64,000 nucleotides of DNA from contig CAWDSK010000003.1 of the NCBI GenBank assembly GCA_963804995.1, forward strand, positions 608,001-672,000, in the 5' to 3' direction. The position numbers were made by a program, and so were the translations under genes. Under the pieces are notes generated by a model that worked only from the letters and a program-made list of their open reading frames with translations, was not told where the DNA came from and ran no database searches. This DNA comes from an uncultured Acidobacteriota bacterium. GTDB taxonomy: Bacteria; Acidobacteriota; Terriglobia; UBA7540. Shown in pieces: positions 40,370 through 52,029 of this stretch. The stretch's first letter is position 1. The number at the start of each line of letters is the position of its first letter.

Positions 40370-41935
40370 TCAGCGCGTGGCATCGGGGAGTGTCCGCAGA
40401 AGGGTATCGTCTCCCGAGGGTTGGGAGGATGCGCCAAGTTTCTTCTGCTGAGCCAGCACCTCCGCAGCCCGGGAAGCCTGGCCTGTCTCTGAATAGATCT
40501 GGGCAAGTTCCGTATAGGCCTCGGAGTATTCCGGCTCGAGCTGAATGACCGTGTTCAGATCGGCAATTGCCTTTTCCTTCTGACCCTGAGCTTGGAGCGA
40601 TTTGGCCCGCCAATAATAACTGACCGCATCCTTGGGGTCGCCACGCAAGGCACGGTCGAACTGCTCACCGGCCAGGGCCACCTTCCCGCTGTCGTAAAGA
40701 GCGATGCCGAGCTGGCGATGGAAGAAGGCGTTATCAGGAGCCAAATCGACCGCTTTGGAGAAATCAATTCTAGCCGCCTCATATTGCTTTTCATTTAGCT
40801 TGACGATTCCACTCAACACGTAGGCGGCCGCATACTTGGGGTCAAGTTGCAGCGCCTGTTGGCAGGCACTTTCGGCTTGTTCAGACTTCCCCAGAAAGAA
40901 GTAACTCACCCCCATCCGATAGGGTACCCAAGGTGCTCGGGGAAATATGGAACGAGCTTTCGCGAGGGTAGTGATGGCGGCTTCATAATGGCCCTGAAGG
41001 TTTTGTAACCAGGCGTAGGTTGCCAGGCACTCCGGGTCACGGGGGGCATCGTTGAGCGCAAGTCGCAGGTCATCTTCGGCTGATTTCAAATCGCCTAGCA
41101 AGGCCCGGGTCTCTCCCATCACCAGCAGGTACCCCGTGCTTTTTCGGTCAGCCGGGGCCATGCCCTGGAGAACGGCCACGGCCTCGATGGGTTCCCCGGC
41201 CAGCAAACTCGCCTTGGCGAGCAGCAGGGCAACATCAGGATCATTGGGCATCACCTCCTTGGCGTCTTCGAGCAGCTCCCGCGCTCTTTGCACTGCTCGA
41301 TAGCGGAGGCAGGTAGTCGCCAGGGTCACGTCCAAACGCGCGTCATCAGGAAAGTTCTCCACCGCGTTCCGCGTGGAAGTAACGGCCTTCGTAGAATCGC
41401 CCGCCGCAAATTGAGCCTGCACCAGCAGCACCCAAAAACGCGCTTCGGGGGCCGTCTGCACCAGCGTTTTCTGCATCACTTCGGCGGCCTCCTGGGGATG
41501 ACCTGACGACAGCAGCGCCGTACCCAAGCCGAAGCGGGCGGCAGAGTATTTGGGGTCCAGATCGATGGCATGTTGGAACGCCACTTTGGCGGCATCGACC
41601 CGGTTCACCTGCATCTCCATGACCCCGAGATTGTAATAGGCGATGGCGGTCCGATTCCCCAATTGAATGGACTTCTGCAGGTGGGTAATGGCCATGTTGA
41701 CTTGGCCGCCAGCCGCTTCCGCGTTCGCCAGGAAATTGTAATTATCGGCAGAAGGCTCGCGCTGAACTAACAGAAGAAGGGCTTGCCGGGCGGCCGCAAA
41801 GTCCTGGGCTTGCATGGCCTGAACGGCGCGCTGCCGAAGGTCATCATTGGTTTCAGCCAGGGTCCGATTTGTGGGGGAATAAAGAACGGAAAGGGCCAGG
41901 AGTAAGAGGATGCTGCTTGCCCGGGTCGGCCTCAC
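40370..41935 (-). CDS. Secreted tetratricopeptide repeat protein
   Basis: Many A..LG...A...L.LDP repeats; signal peptide. Confidence 0.92.
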   Translation of the reverse strand: MRPTRASSILLLLALSVLYSPTNRTLAETNDDLRQRAVQAMQAQDFAAARQALLLLVQREPSADNYNFLANAEAAGGQVNMAITHLQKSIQLGNRTAIAYYNLGVMEMQVNRVDAAKVAFQHAIDLDPKYSAARFGLGTALLSSGHPQEAAEVMQKTLVQTAPEARFWVLLVQAQFAAGDSTKAVTSTRNAVENFPDDARLDVTLATTCLRYRAVQRARELLEDAKEVMPNDPDVALLLAKASLLAGEPIEAVAVLQGMAPADRKSTGYLLVMGETRALLGDLKSAEDDLRLALNDAPRDPECLATYAWLQNLQGHYEAAITTLAKARSIFPRAPWVPYRMGVSYFFLGKSEQAESACQQALQLDPKYAAAYVLSGIVKLNEKQYEAARIDFSKAVDLAPDNAFFHRQLGIALYDSGKVALAGEQFDRALRGDPKDAVSYYWRAKSLQAQGQKEKAIADLNTVIQLEPEYSEAYTELAQIYSETGQASRAAEVLAQQKKLGASSQPSGDDTLLRTLPDATR

Positions 41936-42760
41936 TTGGAACCCCGCGCCGTCCTTAGGCGGAGGGCTTTTTCGCGCAAAGCATCGAGTTCAGGAATTTG
42001 CAGATTCTGCGCTTTGATCAACGCCATTTGGCCGGGAGAGAACCACCCTTTGCCGTCGGCATATTGGATGAGCATCGACTTCGTCCGGTATTGCTCGTCG
42101 GTCAAGTCCACCACTCGGTAATTCGCTTGGTGGCGGCTGTAGTCGAAATCCAACCCCGCCTCGGGGTCATGGATGCTGTAGCGGATGTTCTGGACATACT
42201 GAAGCAGGTTCGAGAAATGGTCGGCAGCCGCCACCATGGGCATGGGGGGCGTGGATAGGCCCCAGTTGCGATCCACCAGCATGTCTACGATGCCGGGAAT
42301 GGAAACCTTGTAAAGGTGCCCGTCTATCACGTCGGCATTAAGCTTGACAACCTGCACGTGCGGAGGGGTTGAAGACATGGTGGATTTCAGGGCCATAAAG
42401 GCAGCCTGACGCTCCGTGCTATCGGATGAGCTAAAGTAAAGGTTAGCAAGCTCTTGGTAATCGACGGCACACATCCCTCCACTACTCACCAAGTTCATAC
42501 CATCGAGATTCACATTTTCGTAATGACCTTGCTTGATCCACAGGAAAAGGGTGGCTTCACAATGACCGAAGCTCGGCCTGCCATTGGAACGGCAGGGACA
42601 CGGAACCGTACACGGACAGCAGACCACGCCTTCTCCCTTGAGGCTCCAGGGATGCGCCGCTCCCGCCGATTCTCCACCGGGTGGCTTGGCAAATAGAGCC
42701 GCGTTCAATATCAAGGATAAGAGGGTGATCGCCGTCCGCGTGGATGCTCTCATCGTCATG
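41932..42760 (-). CDS. DUF1326-like Cys-motif protein with a signal peptide
   Basis: CCPCTVPCPC...PSFGHCE, IKQGHYENVNLDG; start approximate. Confidence 0.7.
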
Positions 42761-42876
42761 CTTATTTGATGACCGCCGGTTGAAAAGGTTAGAGGCACTT
42801 GGAGCCGCAGCAACCTGGTCCCCAAACACCTATTTTACGATGGGATGAGCGCGGTGGCAAACTTTTAAGGTCCGGG

Positions 42877-42962
42877 AGTTACTCATCTGACGTGGCAGCG
42901 GCGTCCCGCCCGTGAAGGGTTACGGCCAGGGTGGCCGCGCCACGTCAAAATGAGTCACTACC
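42877..42962. repeat. Inverted repeat element (AGT.ACTCAT.TGACGTGGC...GCCACGTCAAAATGAGTCACT)
   Basis: About 20-bp imperfect arms. Confidence 0.7.
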
Positions 42963-43008
42963 TTAAGGTTCGGGATTCCTCTCGTCCATCAAGAGGGAAT
43001 CCCAAGGG

Positions 43009-46000
43009 TTAGTACACGAATTTCAGCCCCAACTGAAGCTCCCGCATGGGGGTGTTGGTGCCGGTGATCGCCCCAAAGTTAGAGCTACCGAGTCTCGAAT
43101 TGGTAAACGCGAAGTTCGGGTGATTGGTCACGTTGAAAGCTTCAAAACGAAGTTGGAGGTACTTTCCCTCCCGGAACACAAACCGCTTCATGATATTCGT
43201 GTCAAAGTTACCGAGCCACGGTCCGATCACGGTATTTCGCCCCACGTTACCGTAGCAATAACAGTTAGGAACAATGTACGCGGCGGGGTTAATCCAACCC
43301 TGAAGGGTCGTGGTGGGTAGCTTTAGAGGCGCCCCGGAGTAGCTGGGACGGTCATAGCCACCTTCACCGTTATTCACCTGGTCTGCATTGGTAGTCAAGT
43401 CGACGGGGAAGCCGGTCTCAAAGGTCATAATTCCTCCCAGTTCCCAGCCGCCCAGAACGGCATTGACCACGCCACCCTGATTCAAGAACTGGCGGCCCTT
43501 GCCCGCCGGTAATTCATACAGGAACGACGTGACGGCCCGGTGCTCCACATGCAAATTCGATAAGCCACGATCGGCATTCAAATTATAGGGATCCTGCGGG
43601 AAAAGGCTGTCATTCGCGTGTTCCCGTACGGCGCTCCCATTGTCGATGTCCCGGCTCCACCTGTAAACCTGGTTAAAGCTCAGACCACGCGAGAACTTCC
43701 TGGTAAATGTGACCGCTAACGAGTGATAGTTTTGACTGACAAAGGGTTCATCCCCCTGGATGACCCCATAGACTGGGTAAGGTCTCCGGAGTGTCACAGA
43801 GCCAGGGCCAGGGATGGGGGGATCGTTACCATCGATTAACTTCCAGAGCGAGTGCCCCATGTCCCCCATGTACCCTACCGTGATCATCATGTTGGGAGTA
43901 AGCTGCCGCTGCACGTCGAAGAGGCCCTGGTAAATGTAGGGAGTGTGCATTTGGGGGCCGTTGGCCAGCGTGAAGGGATTCGTCACAAGTTGTGACCCGG
44001 CTAACCCTATGGGATGTTCGAAGCTGAGATCGGGAGACGCTTCATTAGCCGAAATCTGGCGGCGCGCCGCCAGGTTCCGTCCCGCATCAAAGAAATAGTT
44101 GGCCATGTCCTGCGTGTAGAACATGCCGGCGCCTGCCCGGATAATCCAATTGGGGGTCACACTATAGGCAATTCCCAGGCGCGGGGCAAAATCTGTCTTC
44201 CAAACGCAATACCCGGCCCTCCCCATGCAGGGAAGATCATTCGTTCGGGCGGTGATGATGCCCCCTCCAAATTGAAAAGGCGCCGGAAAGTTATCGTAGA
44301 AGCCGCCCTTCCCCGGGCGAACGGTCACCGCGATATCCGTCCCGGGCACCCCGGTCACCGTCCCTCCGGTCACGGGATTAACTCCAAGCACTGACTGGTT
44401 GGGGGGAGGGTAAAAAATATTCGCTGTGTTGCCGTACTTTTCCCAATAGGGGGCAACATATTCATATCGCAACCCCATGCTGACGGTGAGTTTGGACGTA
44501 ACCTTCCAAGTGTCATCAATAAAGTAGGCTTGGGAGGTGTTGCGTAAATCCGTCTGCGCCAGGGCCAGGGCGCCGTCGAACAGAGAATTTAAGCCCAACA
44601 GGAAGTCCGCCGAGGGAACGCCCCCACTGAAAGCCCCCCCAGCGAGGAGGGGGGACGGACCAGTGCCGGTGAAGGCGGTACTTCCGAAGTAGCTAAAGGC
44701 ACCACGAATGAAGGAATTGCCTGCGGAGTCGAATTGGTCGCGGCGAACATCCGCGCCCAACCGGATGGAGTGTTTCCCGTGAACTTTGGCCAAAGTGTCA
44801 GCAAACTGGAAGGTGTTGTCCCAAATCAGGAAGGGGATCGAACAACAGTCGCCCCATGATGATACGTCTTCGGGCCCGATTGTCGGTATGCCGTAGATCT
44901 CGGGCTTAGGTATGGCGACCCCGGCAAAGCCTCCCAGCGCGCCTACGACGTTATTAGTCGTGTAAGCGTTGTGGTTCAGGACGCCGTTGATCAGGCGATT
45001 GTAACCAATCCGGGCATCATTGACCAAGGTGGGGCTGAAGGTGCGCACGTTCGACAGCACGAATTGAAAGGCGTGGGTGGCCAAGCGATCGTTCCCGTCC
45101 GCAATCGCGCTGTTGATGACGCTTTGCACTTCGGAGGTCTGGCTATAGCGGCCAAACCAGGTGCTATTGGCGCTCTGGTTCACGTCTAACCGGATCGTGT
45201 ATTGGTTGTTCACCTGGGCGGACGGGAAGCTGTTAAACAGATTGTTCTGTCCAATTGGCGCCGTAGTGTTGGGCATGGGCTCGAAGGCCATGAGCTTCGT
45301 GGAAAAGGGATCGATCCGCGAGGGACCCGCGCAATTGCTCCCATTGGGAATCACATTCGCCCCACCGCATTCGCTGGCAAACGTGTTGACGCTCGTAACC
45401 ATACTACCGGGTGCGTAAACGGTCGTGCCGACAGTGACGGGCGCCGCATTAAGCACTCGAGTGGCAGGATCATAGAGCGTAGCCAAACCTGTATAATCCC
45501 CCTGGCGCTGCGCTGGGGTCATCACATCGGCCTGTTGGGGCGAGGCTTGGCTGGTCCGGAAGCCTTCGTAATTGAACATAAAGAAGAGCTTGTTCCGACC
45601 ATCGAACACCTTGGGGATGTACACCGGCCCCCCCACCACACCTCCAAACTGATTCTGGTGCAGGATGTTTCCCGGAGGGCAGGTCCCACTGAAGTTGAAG
45701 CAATAGGCTTGGGCGTCCGTAGAAGTGTTGCGCACGAACTCGAAGAGGGACCCGTGGAGGCCGTTGGTGCCGGGCTTCGTGGAAACGTTGATTTGGGCGG
45801 TCCCGCGGCCGAATTCCGCCGGGAACACGCCGGTTTGGATCTTGAACTCCTGGATGGCGTCGATGGACGGCAGGAAGGTGTAAGTGTTAAAGCTTACGTC
45901 CGTATTGCTGATGCCATCGATTGAGTAATAGTTGAACTCGGGGCGGCCGCCAGCCACGGAGATGTCCTTGTTGTTGCGGTCGCCACCCATGCGGCTGGTC

Positions 46001-46515
46001 GCCGCGCCCACGTCCGGAGAATATCCGTACATCACGTTGGCGTCGAGGGCGGTCAATTCCAAGAAATTGCGACCGTCCAAGGGAAGGTCTACAATGCGTT
46101 CGTTTTCAATGACCGAGCCCACCGTGGCATTCTCGGTGTTCAGGGCGATCGCACTGCCCGCAACCTCAATCACTTGCGTGACCGCCCCGACCTGCATCGT
46201 GAAGTTCAAGCGCCGAGATTGCTGCACCTGCAACTCCACACCTTTGACTTCCAACGTCTGGAAGCCCTTCACCTCAACGCTGACGGTGTAAAAGCCAGGC
46301 ACCAGGGCGGGAATGTCATAGACACCCGCGGCGTCCGATTCGACAACACGCAAACCATGCGTGCCCTCGTTGGTAGCCGTGACCTTAGCGTTCGCAATCG
46401 ATGCATTGGAAGTGTCGGTGACGAGTCCCGTAATTTCGCCTTCCGTCTGAGCCCAGAGGTTGAAGCCAGTGAGCAGTACCGCACACAAGCCAACTAGGAG
46501 TAATCCCTTTCTCAT
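43009..46515 (-). CDS. TonB-dependent receptor (intact paralog)
   Basis: Colinear with and highly similar to 36096-39561; GGAGGGG RBS. Confidence 0.93.
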   Translation of the reverse strand: MRKGLLLVGLCAVLLTGFNLWAQTEGEITGLVTDTSNASIANAKVTATNEGTHGLRVVESDAAGVYDIPALVPGFYTVSVEVKGFQTLEVKGVELQVQQSRRLNFTMQVGAVTQVIEVAGSAIALNTENATVGSVIENERIVDLPLDGRNFLELTALDANVMYGYSPDVGAATSRMGGDRNNKDISVAGGRPEFNYYSIDGISNTDVSFNTYTFLPSIDAIQEFKIQTGVFPAEFGRGTAQINVSTKPGTNGLHGSLFEFVRNTSTDAQAYCFNFSGTCPPGNILHQNQFGGVVGGPVYIPKVFDGRNKLFFMFNYEGFRTSQASPQQADVMTPAQRQGDYTGLATLYDPATRVLNAAPVTVGTTVYAPGSMVTSVNTFASECGGANVIPNGSNCAGPSRIDPFSTKLMAFEPMPNTTAPIGQNNLFNSFPSAQVNNQYTIRLDVNQSANSTWFGRYSQTSEVQSVINSAIADGNDRLATHAFQFVLSNVRTFSPTLVNDARIGYNRLINGVLNHNAYTTNNVVGALGGFAGVAIPKPEIYGIPTIGPEDVSSWGDCCSIPFLIWDNTFQFADTLAKVHGKHSIRLGADVRRDQFDSAGNSFIRGAFSYFGSTAFTGTGPSPLLAGGAFSGGVPSADFLLGLNSLFDGALALAQTDLRNTSQAYFIDDTWKVTSKLTVSMGLRYEYVAPYWEKYGNTANIFYPPPNQSVLGVNPVTGGTVTGVPGTDIAVTVRPGKGGFYDNFPAPFQFGGGIITARTNDLPCMGRAGYCVWKTDFAPRLGIAYSVTPNWIIRAGAGMFYTQDMANYFFDAGRNLAARRQISANEASPDLSFEHPIGLAGSQLVTNPFTLANGPQMHTPYIYQGLFDVQRQLTPNMMITVGYMGDMGHSLWKLIDGNDPPIPGPGSVTLRRPYPVYGVIQGDEPFVSQNYHSLAVTFTRKFSRGLSFNQVYRWSRDIDNGSAVREHANDSLFPQDPYNLNADRGLSNLHVEHRAVTSFLYELPAGKGRQFLNQGGVVNAVLGGWELGGIMTFETGFPVDLTTNADQVNNGEGGYDRPSYSGAPLKLPTTTLQGWINPAAYIVPNCYCYGNVGRNTVIGPWLGNFDTNIMKRFVFREGKYLQLRFEAFNVTNHPNFAFTNSRLGSSNFGAITGTNTPMRELQLGLKFVY

Positions 46516-47125
46516 GTCCCCTCCATTGAGTTTGGTTTGCCTTAAACGTTGCATCCTGAGTCCGCGATGCCCAAAGCACGGAAATTGGGCGCCCTGAAAT
46601 TGAACAAATCAATGATGCCAGGCGGCCTTACTTATTTTCGGTTGTAGATGCCCTGTTTGGCGTGCTGAAGCAAGTACCAGTGTATTGTTCCAGCACAAAT
46701 AGACAACAAGGCATGTGCAATATAATGGCCAAATTGTCAATTTCGTAAGTCATAGAAAATAAGTATGTTGTAAAAGATTTGCGAGTTTCAGTCATTCCAT
46801 AATATGTATTCTATTAGAATGGGATATGCTTTTTGAGAGTATAGAGCTTGATGGATGACATCTTTGTGTTCTACGCGCCACGGAATCAGGATCCATTGGA
46901 GGCAGGTTGATGCGCTTTCGGGAGGCTATCCCATCCGCCGGGCGGCTTGCTGCGGCAATCAGTACCACGCTTTTATTTTGTCTGCACCACCCAGTCACCT
47001 ACGGCGCCACTCCTCAACATCTGAATTACCCATTGCATCCCGCGCTCGTGCGGATACATACTTGGCGGTCGAAATTGCGGAGTCGATTCAGCACTAGAAA
47101 TTGATCCCCGTTTAGGACCAACCTT

Positions 47126-49556
47126 ATGGCAAAAATCCCAAACCTGAACCGGCGTGAGTTCATTCAGGGTGGAACGGCAGGCCTGGCGGCACTGGCTGGA
47201 ATAAACGTGAAGGCTGCAAACGCCCAACCCCCCGGCGCGCTGACGGAGTCCGATGCAGTATTGGCGAGGCGGAAAGGCTATCTCGAAACGCTGCAAAAAA
47301 TCTTGCCGCGAACCACCACGCACGAGCTCACGGGCCGCATGAATGGCGGCGACAAGAATTGGGAGGATTGGGTCGCGCGCACCGGCGAACTCCCGCCGGA
47401 TTTTGAGTCCATGCCGTCCAACAATTTCTTGCCAGACCCGCTGGTCCGACTGGAAGGGACAAAGAGTACGCCCATCACCACCCTGGAACAGTGGGCGGAA
47501 CAGCGAAAATGGATGCGCTCAGAGTTGGAGCATTGGATCTACGGAAAAATGCCTCCGCCGCCGGACAATCTTCGGGCGATCGTGACGGAAACGCGGCGCG
47601 AAGGTCGGGTGACCGTAAGGGAAGTGCGGTTGGAATTCGGTCCCGAGCACCGTGGGATTCTGCACGTGCACTTGTACATTCCGGAGGGCAAGGGACCCTT
47701 TCCGGTTTTCCTGACCAATCAGCCGGAAACCAGCAGTTGGATTCACCCTGCGATTCGCCGCGGCTATATCGCGTGTATCTATGACGCCACGGATCCAGTC
47801 TTTGGCGCCACGGATGACTCCGACAAGTTCATCAACGTCTACCCAGACTATGACTTCGCCTGCATTGCCCGCTGGTCATGGGCGGCGATGCGGACGGTGG
47901 ATTATCTCTTGACCCTCCCGGAAGTCGACGCGCAAAAAATCGGAATTACCGGCCACTCCCGCAACGGGAAGCAGGCGCTGGTGGCGGCGGCCTTCGACGA
48001 ACGGATCGGCGCGGTGGTGGGGTCCAGCGGCACCACGGGTGAGTGCCTCCCGTGGCGATACTGCACCCTGGATTATTGGGGCACGGGAAGCATTGAGTCC
48101 ATCACGGGTGGCCCCCACAACACCCACTGGTTTCATCCCCGCTTGCGCTACTTCGCGGGCAGAGAAGATAAGCTTCCGGTCGACCAGGAACACCTTATGG
48201 CGCTGGTGGCCCCGCGCGGCCTCATGATGTATGCCGGTTACAGCGAGCACGAAGGTAACTGCTTCGGGTACGAGCAGGCTTACCGTTCGGTGCGCAGCGT
48301 CTATCAGTTCCTCGGCCATGAAGAAAACGTGCAGCTTCACTTGCGCTACGGTGAGCATGACTTCATCCCCAATGGCATTGAGAATTACGTCAACTTCTTT
48401 GATACGGTTTTTGGGCGGCATCACTACCCCAAGTCCGAGACCTGGATTAATGGCTACACTTTCGAAGGCTGGTTGAATTCGACCGGTGAGCGTGTCGATC
48501 CCCTGCAACATCCGCGGCGGACCTTGACGGATTTTGTGCCTGCCGACCCGTCCTCCTGGTCCCAACACAAGGAAGAGTTGCGAAAGGAAATCCTTTGGGC
48601 GTTGGGGCCGGAACCCGCCGGACTGCCGTTTAAAGGCGTGACCAAGCTGCCCGCGCCCCGGGGGCACTACTGGATTGATCCGGACGATAGTCCGTTGGCC
48701 CTGCTTTTTCATAGACCCTTGAAGCGGCCTAACACAGGATCTGCCATCGTTCCATACGGGGACGGCCTGCGCGCCGATCTCTACTATCCGCTGGGCGCCG
48801 ACGGCAACATGAAGCCCGGCCCTCTGCCCGTGGTCATTTGGCTCCACGCCTATGCCTATGCGACGGGATACTCGCGTTGGGTGAACAAGGCGTTTGATTC
48901 CCTCACCCAGAAGGGTTTTGCCATCCTGGCGTTTGACCAATTGGGGTTCGGCACACGTGGGCCGGATGTGCACGATTTCTACCAGCAGTATCCCCAGTGG
49001 TCGCTGCTGGGCAAGATGGTTTCGGACACACGAGGAGCGATCGATGCCCTGTCCACCTTGGACGGCATCGACCACTCGCGGATTTATATGATCGGCTACG
49101 CGTTGGGCGGCAAGGTGGGATTGGTTACGGCAGCCCTGGACGAGCGCGTGAAAGCCGTGGCCTCCGTGTGCGGATTCGATCCCTTGCAACATACCGCACC
49201 CGGAGATGGCACGGAAGGCGTCCGGCACTACTCGCACTTGCACGGATTGCTTCCCCGCCTGGGCTTTTTCGCGGGAGAGGAAGCCCGACTGCCTTTCGAT
49301 TATGATCGAGTGCTGGCGCTGGTGGCGCCGCGGCCCGCGCTGATCGTGGCTCCTCAACTTGATCGCTACGTTCATGTCGAAGCGGTGCGGAGTGAGGTTG
49401 ACGAAGCACGCAGGGTCTACGGACTTCTGGGACGAAGCGAAGCGCTGCGCCTCGAAGACCCCGCTCGATTTCAACCGCTTTATGGAGGATCGGCAGGAGC
49501 AGGTCATCAACTGGATTGCGCAGCGCAGCGGGGCCGCAACCAAAGGAGAATCATAG
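47126..49556 (+). CDS. Tat-exported tandem alpha/beta hydrolase (CE15-like + second domain), frameshift near 49455
   Basis: NRREFI signal; GHSRNGK; second elbow GYALGG; alternative-frame tail TPLDFNRF...GES*. Confidence 0.8.
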
Positions 49557-49625
49557 CCCTCTCCGCAGGGGAGAGGGTGGACCGCGGCCGGCGTTTTCAC
49601 CAGCCGGTGCGGGACGGGTGAGGGG
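49556..49625 (-). repeat. Family A copy
   Basis: Matches the consensus. Confidence 0.88.
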
Positions 49626-49758
49626 TCACTTTCGGGAAGTGGCACAATATTCTTGCTAACAAAACAAAAAGTTACGGTATTGCATTGCAGCGCCCGACGA
49701 GCTGGGAATGAGCTCACTGTCCACGCCCTGGCCGTCAACAAACTACGGAGGTTCGCTT

Positions 49759-50709
49759 ATGCACAAATCTCGTCGTGAATTTCTTAAGGAGTTGCCGTTT
49801 CTGACGGCGGCGCTAGGTCTCGCGAGTCGCGCCGATCTTTACGCCAAGCAGAAGATGCCCAAGCTGCATTTCCCCACGAACCCCCACGACCGGTTGGCGG
49901 TCACCTCTTATCCTTTTCGCGCTTTCATGGATGCCCCCGGCAATCGGGGAAGGGACACAAGCAAACCCGGAATGACCTTGCTGGAATTTCCCAAGCAGAT
50001 GATTGAGAAGTTTGGGATCCACAACATCAATCCCGTCATTGAGCACTTTGCCTCGACCGAACCCGACTATATCGCGTCGTTTCGCGAAGCCATCGCCAAG
50101 GCCGGGTCGCATATCGTGGACCTGGGCCTGAACGAGGGGCGGTTCTACGACCCTGATCCCGACCTGCGCCAGAAGGGCATCGATTATGGAAAGAAAGGGA
50201 TCGATGTGGCGGTGGCGGTCGGCTCACCCAGCGTCCGGCAGCATGTGGGCGGCCAACGCGGCGCCCCCACCAACGTTGACCTGGCCGCGGAGAGCCTGGC
50301 GAAACTGGCCGAGTATGGCGCCGAGAAGAACATTGTCGTGAATCTGGAAAATGACAGCCCCGGGGCGGAGGACCCCTTCTTCCTCGTGCAGGTCATTGAG
50401 AAAGTCAATAATCCCTACCTGCGCGGGCTGCCGGACTTTGGCAATTCCATCCGCGGGCACGACGAGGAATACAACGAGCGGGCGCTCAAAGGAATGTTCG
50501 CCCATGCCTTCAACATGGCGCACGTCAAGGAGCATCTGCACGCGCGGGACGGCAAGGATTACCACGTGGACCTCCCCAAAGTCTTCGCCATCGCGAAGGC
50601 AAGCCATTATCGCGGCTACTTTTCCATGGAGTACGATAGTGGGGCAGGTGACCCGTATGAAGGCACGCAGCAATTGGTCGATATGACCTTGAAATGTCTG
50701 TCCGCGTGA
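49759..50709 (+). CDS. Tat-exported sugar phosphate isomerase/epimerase (AP_endonuc_2 TIM barrel)
   Basis: SRREFL signal; LEND, PDFGN, HVK and SMEY motifs. Confidence 0.88.
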   Translation: MHKSRREFLKELPFLTAALGLASRADLYAKQKMPKLHFPTNPHDRLAVTSYPFRAFMDAPGNRGRDTSKPGMTLLEFPKQMIEKFGIHNINPVIEHFASTEPDYIASFREAIAKAGSHIVDLGLNEGRFYDPDPDLRQKGIDYGKKGIDVAVAVGSPSVRQHVGGQRGAPTNVDLAAESLAKLAEYGAEKNIVVNLENDSPGAEDPFFLVQVIEKVNNPYLRGLPDFGNSIRGHDEEYNERALKGMFAHAFNMAHVKEHLHARDGKDYHVDLPKVFAIAKASHYRGYFSMEYDSGAGDPYEGTQQLVDMTLKCLSA

Positions 50710-50766
50710 GGAGGAGCAACTTAAGCGCCCGCCTCGCGGGCATCAACCTAACATGGAGGTTTCCCT

Positions 50767-51717
50767 ATGCATCAATCACGTCGTGATTTCATAAAAGACT
50801 TGCCGGCTTTGGCGATGGCGGTGGGCCTCGCCAGCGGCCGAGATCTTTACGCCAAGCAGGATATGCCCAAACTGCATTTCCCCACGGCGCCGCGAGATCG
50901 ATTAGCCGTCACCTCGTACCCTTTTCGCGCCTTCATCGATACCCCTGGGAATTCCGATAGAGACAAGACGAAACCCGGAATGACCCTGCTGGAGTTTCCC
51001 GCGCGCATGATCGAGAAATTTGGGATTCACAACATCAACCCGGTTATCGAACACTTTGGCTCAACCGATCCCGCCTATCTCGCGTCATTCCGCGAAGCCC
51101 TCACCAAGGCGGGGTCGCATATTGTGGATCTGGGCTTGAATGAGGGGCGGTTCTACGATCCCGACCCCAAGCAACGCCAGAAGGGTATCGAGGATGGCAA
51201 GAAAGGGATCGATGTGGCGGTGGCGGTCGGCTCACCCAGCGTCCGGCAGCATGTGGCGGGCAGCATGCACACCAACGTTGACTTGGCTGCGCAGAGCCTG
51301 GCGATCCTGGCCGAGTACGGCGCCGAGAAAAACATTGTCGTGAACCTGGAGAATGACAGCCCCGGCCCGGAGGACCCGTTCTTTCTGGTGCAAGTAATTG
51401 TGAAGGTCAATAATCCCTATCTACGCGCCCTGCCGGACTTCGGCAACTCGCTCATCGGGCACGATCAGGAGTTCAACGAACGGGGGCTCAAGGGAATGTT
51501 TGCGCATGCCTTTAATATGTCCCACGTCAAAGAGGATATGGTCGACGAGAAGGGCCGGAAGTATCACGTCAATCTCCCCAATGTCTTCGCCATCGCCAAG
51601 GCGAGCGGTTATCGTGGCTACTTTTCCATGGAGGCCGAAAGCGAGGGGGGCAACGCGTACGAAGGCACTCAGAAGTTGGTCAACCACACCTTGAAATGCC
51701 TTTCCGATCTCGCGTGA
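50767..51717 (+). CDS. Tandem paralog, sugar phosphate isomerase/epimerase
   Basis: SRRDFI signal; same motifs. Confidence 0.88.
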   Translation: MHQSRRDFIKDLPALAMAVGLASGRDLYAKQDMPKLHFPTAPRDRLAVTSYPFRAFIDTPGNSDRDKTKPGMTLLEFPARMIEKFGIHNINPVIEHFGSTDPAYLASFREALTKAGSHIVDLGLNEGRFYDPDPKQRQKGIEDGKKGIDVAVAVGSPSVRQHVAGSMHTNVDLAAQSLAILAEYGAEKNIVVNLENDSPGPEDPFFLVQVIVKVNNPYLRALPDFGNSLIGHDQEFNERGLKGMFAHAFNMSHVKEDMVDEKGRKYHVNLPNVFAIAKASGYRGYFSMEAESEGGNAYEGTQKLVNHTLKCLSDLA

Positions 51718-51777
51718 GGAAGGGACGCGAACGGGCTCGTCGCGCCGGTCTTCCCTTAAGTCTCATGTGATGCTAAA

Positions 51778-52029
51778 ATGCATCACATGAGACGAGCCAC
51801 CGTACGAGATCTTCGCTATCATTTTCGGAAGGTTGAGAGCCTGCTCCACGAGGGGGAGGAAATCCAGATCACCAAACGAAAGAGGGTGATAGCAAAACTC
51901 ATACCGACTAAACCTGCAAATCCCGCACGAGCCCCAGATTTTTTGGGCCGCCTAAAAGTGCTTTACGGAAATAAACCTCTCGCGGTGACGGGGGCGGAGC
52001 TTATCTCCCGCGAGCGAGGCCGGTATTGA
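51778..52029 (+). CDS. Phd/YefM-type antitoxin
   Basis: ATVRDLR..F...GEEIQITKRKRVIAKL. Confidence 0.85.
   Translation: MHHMRRATVRDLRYHFRKVESLLHEGEEIQITKRKRVIAKLIPTKPANPARAPDFLGRLKVLYGNKPLAVTGAELISRERGRY

Noticed and set aside
47876..49741. 621-aa minus-strand ORF
   Set aside because: It is the antisense shadow of the hydrolase in GC-rich DNA.
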